DNA of 64,000 nucleotides from Bacteroidota bacterium (GTDB lineage: Bacteria > Bacteroidota > Bacteroidia > NS11-12g > UBA955). A model generated the notes under the pieces. The model saw only the letters and a list, made by a program, of their open reading frames with translations, made no database searches and had not been told where the DNA came from. Each line of letters opens with the position of its first letter. Position 1 is the stretch's first letter. Where the stretch lies: the NCBI GenBank assembly GCA_030830065.1, contig JAURNR010000053.1:8543-72542 (forward strand), in the 5' to 3' direction. The position numbers and the translations under genes are program-made. Positions 38,868 to 48,513 of the stretch are shown piece after piece.

Positions 38868-39436
38868 AATTGATTAACTATTTAGTATGATCTAATATGC
38901 AATGTAATAATTTTTTTGAAACAAAAACATATGAATTGTTTAATTTTAATTCAAACTACAACAAGTAATTTTAAGTAATATAAAATCATAATTCAACGTT
39001 AATCATCGAAAACACTAGCTATCACTGCGTTCAGGAGCAATTTTAGTTTTGTCTAATATTATAAACAATTAAAATTCTGCACCTTAGAAAATAGTGAATG
39101 TAATCGCTGCAAAAATTCAATTACCCCGAACATGTAGAATTGGCAGTATCGTATTACTCTGATATATTGTTTATTATAAGATATATTTGGTAATGTTTAT
39201 CTGAGTTAAAAGTATGAATTTGTTTAGCAAACTAGAACTCAACTATTATTAATTTGCATTAATTTAACATTGGCCCTAAATAATAATTTATTTTGATGCT
39301 AATTAATTGTAATATTTAATGACAAAAAATTCTATAACAACTAAAAAGAAGACATTTTAACCATCGCTATTTAAACCATTATTAATTCAGCAAAAATATT
39401 GTACGTTTTTCTTCAGAAAAATACTTTGCTCTACCT
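38868..39436. other. 569-bp AT-rich non-coding spacer upstream of susC-like gene
   Basis: No ORF over 25 codons on the susC strand. This is the longest non-coding stretch in the window. The only exact TAnnTTTG on the minus strand is distal (39398-39391). Confidence 0.6.
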
Positions 39437-42373
39437 TCAAAAACCAAACAGCTCTTCAGTTTTTAAAATTTCTAAATCACCATACTTTTTCAAGTCCTCT
39501 TTAGTGATGCGTTCTAAACTTCCAACAACTGCCATTGTTTTAGGAGCTTTTCTAATGAAATCTGAATGGAATTTCAATACCTCTTCCATAGTGGTTCTCT
39601 TAATTACATCGTATTGAATCTTTATAGGATTATTATCTAAAACCCCAAATTTCTCATAGAATAAGAATGTTCCAATTGCATTTTCTGGAAGACTGCGATT
39701 TGACTCAATTGAAGTTAATAAAGATTGCTTCGACATTGCGAAAATCTTTGGCTCATTAGGTAAACTATTAAACAAACTATCCATACCCCCTATTGCCTCA
39801 TGAAACTTATCAGACTGAGTTCCTACAAATGCCTTGAAAGTGTAAAAATCTTCTTGAGGGATGGAGGGAGTAGAGAAATAGGCATTGGTACTGTATGCTA
39901 GTGCTTTTGACTCACGGATTGTTTGAAATACAACGCTACTCATATCTCCGCCAAAATATTGATTAAATGCTTTTACTTTAGCATTGAATGTTAAATCATA
40001 CGGTTGATTTATCGATGACAACCAATAAACATTAGCTTGAACCATTGGAAAATCTACAAAATATACTATGGGTTTATTATGTGTCTTTGGTGGTATGATT
40101 AGCGGTTCTTTTAATTTAAACTCTTTCTTTCTTGAAGTCCAACTCAACTCCTTTAAAAATTCTTTGATCATAATTAATGAATCTGGACCGAAATATGCAA
40201 TTTCTGTTTTTGCTTTCATCAAGTTCTCATGAACCTTCATAAGATTATCCATATCTAAAGACTTAATTTGACTATTACTCAGTCCGCGAGTTAGATTGTT
40301 ATCTTTACCATAAAGGGCCCATGTTGACAGGGCAAAACCTAAATATTGTGGGTTGGTAAGAAGGTTTTTCCTACTCATTAATTCAGTTTGTTTTACTGCC
40401 TTTAGTACTTCATTGTTCCATTTAGGATTATTGAACCAGTTGGAAATAATTTTTACAGCCTCAAAGAAGTTTTCCTGCGGCCCTGAAATTCTCAAAATCG
40501 ATTTATCTTTACCTACAGTAAATCTAAAATTACAGCCAATGGAATATAATTTATTCGACATTTCAGAGTTCGACATTTCATTTGAACCCAATAACTGCAT
40601 GAAATCAGGCAAAATATCTAATTTTTTATTGTGAAAAGAGCCGTAAGCAATTTGAAATTGTAAATTAAACAATCGGTTTTCATCATTTTTAACATACAAA
40701 AACCTTGTACCCTTAAATTTATTTTGGGTTACTGAACTAGATTGGAAATAAACAGGATTTATTTTTTCTACCGGAATATCAACCCACTGCTTAATAAAAT
40801 CACTCGCTTTATCTCGGTTTAATTCTACAGGATTTATAGCAGGCTTTACAACCTTTTCACGTTCTGGAGTTTCTCCTTTGTGTTTGTAAACTACAACTCG
40901 ATCATTTCCAAATATTTCATTAGCTACAGTTATCACATCCTCTTTGGTAACCTCACTAATCTCAATAAATGAGTTTATGGCCTTATGGTAGGGAATATCA
41001 TTCACAAATGCTTCCATAATAAAAGAACATCTATTGGAGTTTTGTTTCCATTCTTCGAGTTGCTCCAACTCCTTATTGAGTATAATTGCCTTTATAAGAT
41101 TTTCATTAAATTCCCCATTCTTTAGTTTTTGTATTTCCTCTAATAATAGGCTTTTAACTGAGTCTAAGGATTGATCAGATTTAGGAGTTCCATACAACAT
41201 GAATTGAGAATAATCTTTCATCTCACTAATGAATGCCGCTGCACCTTGTACTTTTTGAGCATTTACTAAATTTAAATCAATTAACCCCGCTTTAGAATTA
41301 TTAAGGATTAACTCAATTAATTTGGCAACTTTTACTTGCTTACTTGCCATCCCATCCATTCGATAACCAACCATAATCATCTCCTGGTTTGGTCCATATA
41401 TATCAATTTTTCTTTCGATGTTTCTTGGATCTTCATAGCTGAAGCTATATTTGGGAACTTTCTTTTGTTTCAAATGTGAGAAGTTCTCGTATACCCATTT
41501 TGCAACACTATCAGAATTTATATCTCCCGAAACAATTACAGACATATTATTGGGTACATAATAAGTATTGTAATATTCTCTAATCGCTTTTATTGATGGA
41601 TTCTTGAGGTGTTCAACGGTACCAATTGTAGTTTGTAAACCGTAATTGTGTTTTCTAAACATCTCTGCATTCATTTGCTCCCATACCTGGCTCATATCGC
41701 GATCAATACTGATATTCTTTTCTTCATAAACTGCCTCTAACTCAGTATGAAATAATCGAAAAACAGGCTTATGAAAACGTTCTCCTTCAAGCTTTACCCA
41801 TTTCTCAACCGAATTTGATGGTACATCATTTATGTAAACCGTCATTTCATTTGAAGTAAATGCATTTGTACCCTTAGCGCCAATTGCTTGACACATTTTA
41901 TCATATTCATTTGCAATTGCGTGTTTCGAGGCTAAATAACTAACACTATCTATATAGTGATAAGTGATTTTTCTTAATGAATCATTCGTTTGATGATTGT
42001 AAACCTCATATAATGAATCAATCTGCTCTAAATAAACCTTTTCCTTTTGATAGTCTAAAGTTCCATACTTCTCTGTACCCTTAAAAAGTAAATGTTCAAG
42101 ATAATGGGCCAAACCAGTATGGTCTGCTGGATCATTTTTTGAACCTGTTTTTACCGCCACCATTGTATAAACTCTCGGTGAACGTGGATTCTCCGATGTA
42201 ATAAGAGTTAACCCATTGTCAAAGGTGTAATGACGTGTATTCAACGGATCATTTTCATATTTTCTCATTACCCAATGTTCTGACTTATAATCACCGTAGG
42301 TATTAATTTTTTGCTGTGCAATGGTTGAATTAACAATCAAGATGCTCAAGGTTGCAACAAAAACAGATTTCAT
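39437..42373 (-). CDS. secreted M16-family zinc peptidase, fused double-length form
   Basis: 978 aa with a signal peptide (MKSVFVATLSILIVNSTIAQ) and HxxEH as HYLEHLLFKGT. The length equals two M16 halves fused twice over (four alpha/beta domains). Confidence 0.85.
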   Translation of the reverse strand: MKSVFVATLSILIVNSTIAQQKINTYGDYKSEHWVMRKYENDPLNTRHYTFDNGLTLITSENPRSPRVYTMVAVKTGSKNDPADHTGLAHYLEHLLFKGTEKYGTLDYQKEKVYLEQIDSLYEVYNHQTNDSLRKITYHYIDSVSYLASKHAIANEYDKMCQAIGAKGTNAFTSNEMTVYINDVPSNSVEKWVKLEGERFHKPVFRLFHTELEAVYEEKNISIDRDMSQVWEQMNAEMFRKHNYGLQTTIGTVEHLKNPSIKAIREYYNTYYVPNNMSVIVSGDINSDSVAKWVYENFSHLKQKKVPKYSFSYEDPRNIERKIDIYGPNQEMIMVGYRMDGMASKQVKVAKLIELILNNSKAGLIDLNLVNAQKVQGAAAFISEMKDYSQFMLYGTPKSDQSLDSVKSLLLEEIQKLKNGEFNENLIKAIILNKELEQLEEWKQNSNRCSFIMEAFVNDIPYHKAINSFIEISEVTKEDVITVANEIFGNDRVVVYKHKGETPEREKVVKPAINPVELNRDKASDFIKQWVDIPVEKINPVYFQSSSVTQNKFKGTRFLYVKNDENRLFNLQFQIAYGSFHNKKLDILPDFMQLLGSNEMSNSEMSNKLYSIGCNFRFTVGKDKSILRISGPQENFFEAVKIISNWFNNPKWNNEVLKAVKQTELMSRKNLLTNPQYLGFALSTWALYGKDNNLTRGLSNSQIKSLDMDNLMKVHENLMKAKTEIAYFGPDSLIMIKEFLKELSWTSRKKEFKLKEPLIIPPKTHNKPIVYFVDFPMVQANVYWLSSINQPYDLTFNAKVKAFNQYFGGDMSSVVFQTIRESKALAYSTNAYFSTPSIPQEDFYTFKAFVGTQSDKFHEAIGGMDSLFNSLPNEPKIFAMSKQSLLTSIESNRSLPENAIGTFLFYEKFGVLDNNPIKIQYDVIKRTTMEEVLKFHSDFIRKAPKTMAVVGSLERITKEDLKKYGDLEILKTEELFGF

Positions 42374-42378
42374 AATAA

Positions 42379-42386
42379 CAAATATA
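42379..42386 (-). promoter_or_regulatory. candidate -7 promoter box TATATTTG for the 978-aa M16 peptidase gene
   Basis: Exact TAnnTTTG on the minus strand, 5 nt upstream of ATG 42373. Confidence 0.4.
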
Positions 42387-42452
42387 TTGGTTAGTAATGT
42401 TGGAATTCAAGATAATCGATTAAATGCCGATTCAGAAATATAACTTCGCAGT

Positions 42453-42944
42453 ATGGGACTTTTACATCAAGTCTATGTTGGAACTGGAAGTAATCAAGGA
42501 AATTCTATCGCTTTTTTATCAAAAGCAATTATTTTAACTAGCAACAATGTGGGTTATTTAGGAAAAATATCTTCCGTATACAAAACTAAAGCCTGGGGTA
42601 AAGAGAACCAACCTGATTTTTACAATCAGGTTTTTGAAATTTATACTCCATTTTCTCCACAGATAGTAATGAAAAAGTTTTTAGAAATTGAAAAATCATT
42701 AGGGAGAAAGAGGTACGAAAAATGGGGACCTAGAACTATTGATATTGACATACTCTTTTATGATAATTTGTGTTTAAATCATCCTGAAGTTCAAGTTCCA
42801 CACCCTGAAATACCCAATAGAAACTTCGTCTTATTTCCTTTAGCAGAAATTGCAGGTTCAAAAAAACATCCTAAATTAAATTTAACAATTCACCAGATTT
42901 TGCAACAATGTAAAGATCCACTTACGGCCACAATTATTCAATGA
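42453..42944 (+). CDS. folK: 2-amino-4-hydroxy-6-hydroxymethyldihydropteridine diphosphokinase
   Basis: 163 aa. YKTKAWG, WGPRTIDIDILFY and VPHPEIPNRNFVLFPLAEI are classic HPPK motifs. Confidence 0.9.
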   Translation: MGLLHQVYVGTGSNQGNSIAFLSKAIILTSNNVGYLGKISSVYKTKAWGKENQPDFYNQVFEIYTPFSPQIVMKKFLEIEKSLGRKRYEKWGPRTIDIDILFYDNLCLNHPEVQVPHPEIPNRNFVLFPLAEIAGSKKHPKLNLTIHQILQQCKDPLTATIIQ

Positions 42945-43477
42945 AAAGTTTAATAATTCCAAATATTATTCCCAATCTAAATTGGTACCTAAATTGTCAA
43001 AAGAATGGTTTTTGGATTTCAGAAATAAACACCTCAAATTATTATTGGATTGCAGGACCCAATTCACTACAAAAATTACAAATACCCTTACAACAACAAA
43101 GCAAACTCGAAATCCCTAATAACCGAAAAATTAGCTATAACCACAAATGGATTGCTGAGCATAAAAACGCCTGGAAGACCGCCTATGGTAAGTCACCGTT
43201 TTATGAATATTATGATTACCGTTTACATCAAGTTTTAGATTCTAAAATTGAAACAATAGGGGAGTTATCTCAGACTCTGTTGACTACAATAAACCCTTTA
43301 ATCGGCGGAAAAAGCTTAGAAATAACAACTAAAAATCCGATAGTAGAAGAACTAGTTGATCCATACTACCAGGTTTTTGAAGATAGGTATGGCTTCCGTC
43401 AACCGGTAAGTATTTTAGACCTATTATTTAACCTAGGCCCAATGTCTTCTCCATATTTAGAATCCTATCGGCAGTAA
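42941..43477 (+). CDS. WbqC-like family protein
   Basis: 178 aa. The ISYNHKWIAEHKNAWKTAYGKSPFYEYYDY segment resembles the conserved WbqC core (..W..KH...I..AY..SPFFEYY) as I recall it. ATGA overlap with folK. Confidence 0.55.
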   Translation: MKSLIIPNIIPNLNWYLNCQKNGFWISEINTSNYYWIAGPNSLQKLQIPLQQQSKLEIPNNRKISYNHKWIAEHKNAWKTAYGKSPFYEYYDYRLHQVLDSKIETIGELSQTLLTTINPLIGGKSLEITTKNPIVEELVDPYYQVFEDRYGFRQPVSILDLLFNLGPMSSPYLESYRQ

Positions 43478-43486
43478 ATTAATTAC

Positions 43487-43494
43487 TACCTTTG
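43487..43494 (+). promoter_or_regulatory. candidate -7 promoter box TACCTTTG for the flippase gene
   Basis: Exact TAnnTTTG, 6 nt upstream of ATG 43501. Confidence 0.4.
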
Positions 43495-43500
43495 TTTTAA

Positions 43501-44997
43501 ATGTCGACCATTAAGAAGTTAGCTTCGCAAACTGCGATTTATGGGTTAAGTACCATGGTCGGTCGACTCATTAATTACCTATTAGTTCCTCTCTACACTG
43601 CTTATCTAGCAGAAGTAGCTGATTACGGTATTGTGGGGGTTATGTTTGGGTGGGCAAGTTTGTTTTCAGTTGTGTTTGGGCTCGGGTTAGAAACGGCTTA
43701 TTTTCATTTTTCTCAAAAAACAGGAAACGCTCCAAAGGTGTTTTCAACAGCAGTAAATTTCCTAATAATTACTGGTTTCATTTGGGTAATAATAGCTTGT
43801 TGGTTTGCTCCTGAAATAATGACGGGTATAGGTTATCCTAACCATCCTGAATATGCTTTATGGTTCATAACTATTTTGTCTATTGATGCCATTACGGCAA
43901 TTGGCTTTGCAAAACTTAGACAAGAAAAAAAACCTTGGAAATTTGCTTTAATAAAACTGACGAACATTTTTATTAATGTAGGAGCTAATTTATTCTTTTT
44001 AATACTTATTCCTGTATTAGCAAGTAACGGTATTTCTTGGGCAGTTAAATGGAATTCAAGTGTTAATCAAGTATCTTGGATCTTCATATCAAACCTTATT
44101 GCGAGTGGTATTACTTTACCATTACTATACAAAAGCATGATGCAAATTAGATTAGGACTTGATCTAAAATTGTTAAAAACAATGCTTAAGTATTCATATC
44201 CATTGATTTTTATTGGATTAGCAGGAATGATTAACGAAACTTTCGACAGAATTTTGTTAAAAAAGTTATTGCCCGAATTTAATGCGGACTATGAAGTCTC
44301 TATTTATAATGCATTCTATAAATTGAGTTTAGTACTCACCTTATTTGTTCAAGCTTTTCGTTTTGCTGTTGAGCCTTTTTTCTTCGAACAATCTAAGAAA
44401 CTTGATGCTCAGGAATCGTATGCTTACATCATGAAATATTTTGTATACGTAGTATCATTTATTTTTGTTTTTACTGTAGCCATAATTCCATACATAGCAC
44501 CACTTTTAATTAGAAATCCAGATTATTTTCTTCACCCTAATGGAATGAAAATTGTCCCTATTTTGTTGGCTGCAAATTTATTTTTGGGAGTTTATTATAC
44601 CCTTTCTGTTTGGTATAAGGTTTCTGGTAATACAAGAATTGGAGCAATACCAGCAATAGTTGGAGCAATTTTAACCATTGCATTAAACTATGTACTTATA
44701 CCAAAAATCGGTTTTGTAGGATCAGCCATCACAACATTAGCAGCCTACACCAGCATGGTTATAGTTGGGTATTTTTTGTCCCGTAAATTTTATCCCATCC
44801 CTTATAATTTAGCTTTAATTTTAACTGTAATTGGTATTGCTTTTATGATGGGATTTTGGATCAACACATTACCTATTGTTAGTTACGGAATAGTAATTAG
44901 AATTCTAATACCATTAACCTTTGCGCTTTTTGTATATTTATTAGATAAAAAAATCATTTCAAATGTTACAAATAAAAGTCATCAACAAAAGCAATAA
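43501..44997 (+). CDS. MOP-superfamily polysaccharide/oligosaccharide flippase (Wzx-like)
   Basis: 498 aa with about 14 TM segments. The N-terminus ([29 protein letters not shown]) is typical of Bacteroidota polysaccharide biosynthesis proteins. Confidence 0.72.
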   Translation: MSTIKKLASQTAIYGLSTMVGRLINYLLVPLYTAYLAEVADYGIVGVMFGWASLFSVVFGLGLETAYFHFSQKTGNAPKVFSTAVNFLIITGFIWVIIACWFAPEIMTGIGYPNHPEYALWFITILSIDAITAIGFAKLRQEKKPWKFALIKLTNIFINVGANLFFLILIPVLASNGISWAVKWNSSVNQVSWIFISNLIASGITLPLLYKSMMQIRLGLDLKLLKTMLKYSYPLIFIGLAGMINETFDRILLKKLLPEFNADYEVSIYNAFYKLSLVLTLFVQAFRFAVEPFFFEQSKKLDAQESYAYIMKYFVYVVSFIFVFTVAIIPYIAPLLIRNPDYFLHPNGMKIVPILLAANLFLGVYYTLSVWYKVSGNTRIGAIPAIVGAILTIALNYVLIPKIGFVGSAITTLAAYTSMVIVGYFLSRKFYPIPYNLALILTVIGIAFMMGFWINTLPIVSYGIVIRILIPLTFALFVYLLDKKIISNVTNKSHQQKQ

Positions 44998-45397
44998 TCC
45001 ATTACCTAAATACCAGACAATTGCTTCAGCTGGGATGGACTTACATGCTAATCTCCAGAAAACAATAATATTACAACCCGGAGAACGAAAATTAATTCCT
45101 ACCGGCTTATTTATAGAATTGCCACTTGGTTACGAAGCACAAGTTAGACCAAGAAGTGGACTTGCGCTAAAACATGGTATTACAGTTTTAAACAGTCCTG
45201 GGACAATTGATGCGGATTACCGCGGAGAAATCAAAGTGTTATTAGTAAATCATGGCAAGGAAGAATTTGAAATTGAACATTCCGATCGTATCGCACAAAT
45301 GATTATTGCGAGACACGAACAAGCGGAATGGATACCAGTTAGTGAAATAAACCAAACCGATCGTGGCGTAGGAGGTTATGGAAGCAGCGGTAAATAA
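44963..45397 (+). CDS. dut: dUTP diphosphatase
   Basis: 144 aa with [26 protein letters not shown] and [11 protein letters not shown] motifs. It overlaps the flippase 3' end by 35 nt. Confidence 0.93.
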   Translation: MLQIKVINKSNNPLPKYQTIASAGMDLHANLQKTIILQPGERKLIPTGLFIELPLGYEAQVRPRSGLALKHGITVLNSPGTIDADYRGEIKVLLVNHGKEEFEIEHSDRIAQMIIARHEQAEWIPVSEINQTDRGVGGYGSSGK

Positions 45398-45464
45398 GTA
45401 AATTATCACCATTTTTAACAATCATTGCGTTAATTTGCAGTCCTTTTAAGAAAAGAGAATATTC

Positions 45465-46466
45465 ATGAATTTAATTATACCTATGGCTGGAATGGGAAAA
45501 CGTATGAGACCTCATACATTAACCACTCCTAAACCATTATTGAAAGTTGCGGGAAAATCTATTGTTCATTGGCTGATTGAAGATATCTCTAATGTTTGCG
45601 GAGAAAAGATCAATGAAATTGGATTTGTCATTGGAGATTTCGGTAAAGAAACTGAAACTGAGTTATTAAATATTGCTGAAGGAATTGGAGCCAATGGAAA
45701 GATATTTCATCAAGAAACTGCTGAAGGTACAGGGCACGCAATATTATGCGCTAAAGAGTGCTTAAAAGGTGATGTAATTGTTGCTTTTGCAGATACTTTA
45801 TTTAGAGCAGATTTCAACCTCGATAAGTCAAAAGACGGAGTGATTTGGGTTGAAAGAGTTGAAGATCCTAGTGCATTTGGGGTAGTCAAATACGATGAAA
45901 ACAATGTAATAACTGAGTTCATTGAAAAGCCTCAAGAATTTGTCTCAGATTTGGCGATAATTGGTATTTATTATTTTAAGGATGGAGAAAACCTTAGAAA
46001 CGAACTTCAATATCTTATTGATAATGATATCAGAGAGAAAGGCGAATTTCAATTGACCAATGCTATGGAAAGTATGAAGAACAAAGGCCTTCAATTTGTT
46101 CCTGGAAAAGTAAACGAGTGGCTAGATTGTGGAAATTATGCGGCCACAGTTCATACAAATCAACGCGTATTAGCTAATAAATCGGATTTATTTAAAACCG
46201 ATTCCCAAAAATTTGGAAAAAACGTAACCATTCATCCACCTTGCTTTATTGGAGAAGGAGTTTCTCTTAAAAATTGTGAAATTGGTCCATTTGTAAGTAT
46301 TGGTAAAGAATCTACGATAGAAAATTCCGTTATTCGTAACACTATCATACAAGACAACTGTGAGTTGACAAACTTCAATTGTGAAAATTCAATGATAGGA
46401 AACCACGTATGTTTAAGCGGAAATCCAAAAGAATACAGCATAGGCGACTACACAGTAATGAAGTAG
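45465..46466 (+). CDS. sugar-phosphate nucleotidyltransferase with C-terminal left-handed beta-helix
   Basis: 333 aa. The N-terminal IIPMAGMGKRMRP...PKPLL signature is followed by hexapeptide repeats in the C-terminal third. Confidence 0.75.
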   Translation: MNLIIPMAGMGKRMRPHTLTTPKPLLKVAGKSIVHWLIEDISNVCGEKINEIGFVIGDFGKETETELLNIAEGIGANGKIFHQETAEGTGHAILCAKECLKGDVIVAFADTLFRADFNLDKSKDGVIWVERVEDPSAFGVVKYDENNVITEFIEKPQEFVSDLAIIGIYYFKDGENLRNELQYLIDNDIREKGEFQLTNAMESMKNKGLQFVPGKVNEWLDCGNYAATVHTNQRVLANKSDLFKTDSQKFGKNVTIHPPCFIGEGVSLKNCEIGPFVSIGKESTIENSVIRNTIIQDNCELTNFNCENSMIGNHVCLSGNPKEYSIGDYTVMK

Positions 46467-47686
46467 TAAGCATCACATTGCTCGCGGTTTTTCTATCGTT
46501 TTTTACTTTTCTTCAGGCTCAAACTTTTTCTCATAAACAAACAAGTATATCAGAGGCCTACCACAAGGCAGAAACTTTTTACTTGCTACATCAATGGGAA
46601 AAGGCAATTCCAATCTATCAAGAAATTTTACTAAAAGAGGACTCTAGTCAAGCTGTACACTATCGTTTAGCATGTATTTATGAGCAACTAGGAAAAATAC
46701 AACAAGGACTATTTCACATAGAAAAAGCATTGTTTAGCCAGGGTTCAAATTCAGGTTATTTATATCAAAAAATAAAATTACTAGAAATCGATAAAAACTA
46801 TGAAGATGCTTGGGTTATTCATCAAAATTTAATTTCCATAGAACCTCGCAAACCAACGAGGTATATTGCGGCAATACAAAATTGCAAAGAACGAATTGCT
46901 GTGCCCGATATGTTAGACCTAACTAATAAATGGTTAGAACAATTTGGACCATCTATATATATAGTAAATATCCGTTTTGAATGTCAGAAGTTTCTTGGTT
47001 TAACAATACAAGCTGAAGATGAATTAAGTAAACTAGTAAAAGAATATCCTTACATGCAGGCATACCACACTATGCTATCTTCTTTGAAACCAACTGAAAG
47101 CAATAATATTAATGAAATTTTGTTGCAAATAGCATCAAGTAATGATCCCTCAAACCAGTTAAATGAATGGATAATGGGAATGTCTGATTCCTTATATCAA
47201 GCCTTTTCAGATAGCCTAAGTTATTTCCACATCCCTCAAAAAGTACAATCTGAAATTTATACTTTTACCTCTGAAAGTGCTGCATCAAAAGGAGATCTTG
47301 AAAAAGCCAGAAAAATAGCTTGGTTTGCAGTAAAAATAGATCCAAGTAGATATGAATCTTGGCTATTCTTACTTTTACTAGAAACTCATTTTAAGAACTC
47401 TGAAAACCTAGAAAAGATTAAAATTCAAATAGAAACATTATTCCCCTTTTACATGGATGTGCCTAAGGAAATTGAAGCTATCATTAATCTTATAAATGAC
47501 ACTTATAATGAAGAATTTTGGAGTAACATTATAGAATCGAGGAATCTCCCGGCACTATATCTTATCGAACCTGCCTTGAGCTATTCGAAAAAATACAATA
47601 TTCTATTAAAACATAAAGATTCATGGTCTGAAGAATTACAAAATTCACCCTCACAATATCATTGGATAATTGAACAAATAAAATGA
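46409..47686 (+). CDS. TPR-repeat protein, secreted or membrane-anchored
   Basis: 425 aa with a hydrophobic N-terminal segment (ITLLAVFLSFFTFLQAQ) and TPR-like helical repeats (AYHKAETFYLLHQWEKAIPIYQEIL...). The annotated start overlaps the upstream gene by 58 nt and is uncertain. Confidence 0.5.
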   Translation: MFKRKSKRIQHRRLHSNEVVSITLLAVFLSFFTFLQAQTFSHKQTSISEAYHKAETFYLLHQWEKAIPIYQEILLKEDSSQAVHYRLACIYEQLGKIQQGLFHIEKALFSQGSNSGYLYQKIKLLEIDKNYEDAWVIHQNLISIEPRKPTRYIAAIQNCKERIAVPDMLDLTNKWLEQFGPSIYIVNIRFECQKFLGLTIQAEDELSKLVKEYPYMQAYHTMLSSLKPTESNNINEILLQIASSNDPSNQLNEWIMGMSDSLYQAFSDSLSYFHIPQKVQSEIYTFTSESAASKGDLEKARKIAWFAVKIDPSRYESWLFLLLLETHFKNSENLEKIKIQIETLFPFYMDVPKEIEAIINLINDTYNEEFWSNIIESRNLPALYLIEPALSYSKKYNILLKHKDSWSEELQNSPSQYHWIIEQIK

Positions 47687-48513
47687 GAATACATTTAATC
47701 ATTGCTACATTAAGCCTTCTAGCATTTGGCTGTAAATCAGTCAAACCAGAACAAGTAAATAATGACTTGGTGGTTGAAGAAATAAAACTATCAGATAATG
47801 AATTGAGTTTTAAAGAAAAAGAAATCCCCGAATCAACCTTAAAATCCATATTAGATTGGGAATACCTTTCGGCCCGTTATGATACTGAAATTTCAGATGG
47901 GAAGGATTTCAATCAAACCATCAGTATGAATATCCGAATGAAAAAAGACAGCATTCTTTGGTTCACGGCATCTATGGCCTTTTTTAAACTAGCAACTGGT
48001 ATAATTACTAAGGACTCCATACACATTTTAGATCACATTAATAGTAAATACTTCCCTTTGTCCACAGTTAACAATATTGGGATTCCGTTGCCAAATCTTT
48101 TTCAAAATATTCAAGAAGTATTATTCATAGGAAACCCCACTTCCGAAATAAAAAAGTGGGAGAATAATATTTACCGTGATTCATTTGACTATCAGAACAG
48201 GAAGGATAGCATTCCATCAACAGTTTACTATTTCACTAAAAGGAGCAATTCATTTATTGACAGCCAATCGTTTAGCTTTTTAACTAGTTCAACCTTCAGC
48301 GATAATAACGTTCAGACATTAATTTCATTTACCTATCCAGAACGAGATGATAGCAACATAAAATTTCCAATTCCAAAGACAAGCAAAGCTGAATTACAAC
48401 AAAATGACCAATTGAGGGGACGACTAAAATTTGAGTTAAGAACTGCTCGCTTTGATAGAATAACTTCGTATCCGTTTTCTATTCCTGACGGGTATGAAAA
48501 ATCAAGCCTTTAG
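47683..48513 (+). CDS. DUF4292-family lipoprotein (LolA/LolB-like fold family)
   Basis: 276 aa with a lipobox (LLAFGCKS). Size and position between a TPR protein and an EnvC-like gene fit the conserved Bacteroidota neighbourhood as I recall it. ATGA overlap with the TPR gene. Confidence 0.55.
   Translation: MRIHLIIATLSLLAFGCKSVKPEQVNNDLVVEEIKLSDNELSFKEKEIPESTLKSILDWEYLSARYDTEISDGKDFNQTISMNIRMKKDSILWFTASMAFFKLATGIITKDSIHILDHINSKYFPLSTVNNIGIPLPNLFQNIQEVLFIGNPTSEIKKWENNIYRDSFDYQNRKDSIPSTVYYFTKRSNSFIDSQSFSFLTSSTFSDNNVQTLISFTYPERDDSNIKFPIPKTSKAELQQNDQLRGRLKFELRTARFDRITSYPFSIPDGYEKSSL

Noticed and set aside
39399-39617. 72-aa plus-strand ORF bridging the long spacer and the 3' end of the 978-aa M16 gene.
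   Set aside because: Most of it is antisense to the well-supported peptidase C-terminus. The translation is low complexity, and no promoter box precedes it.
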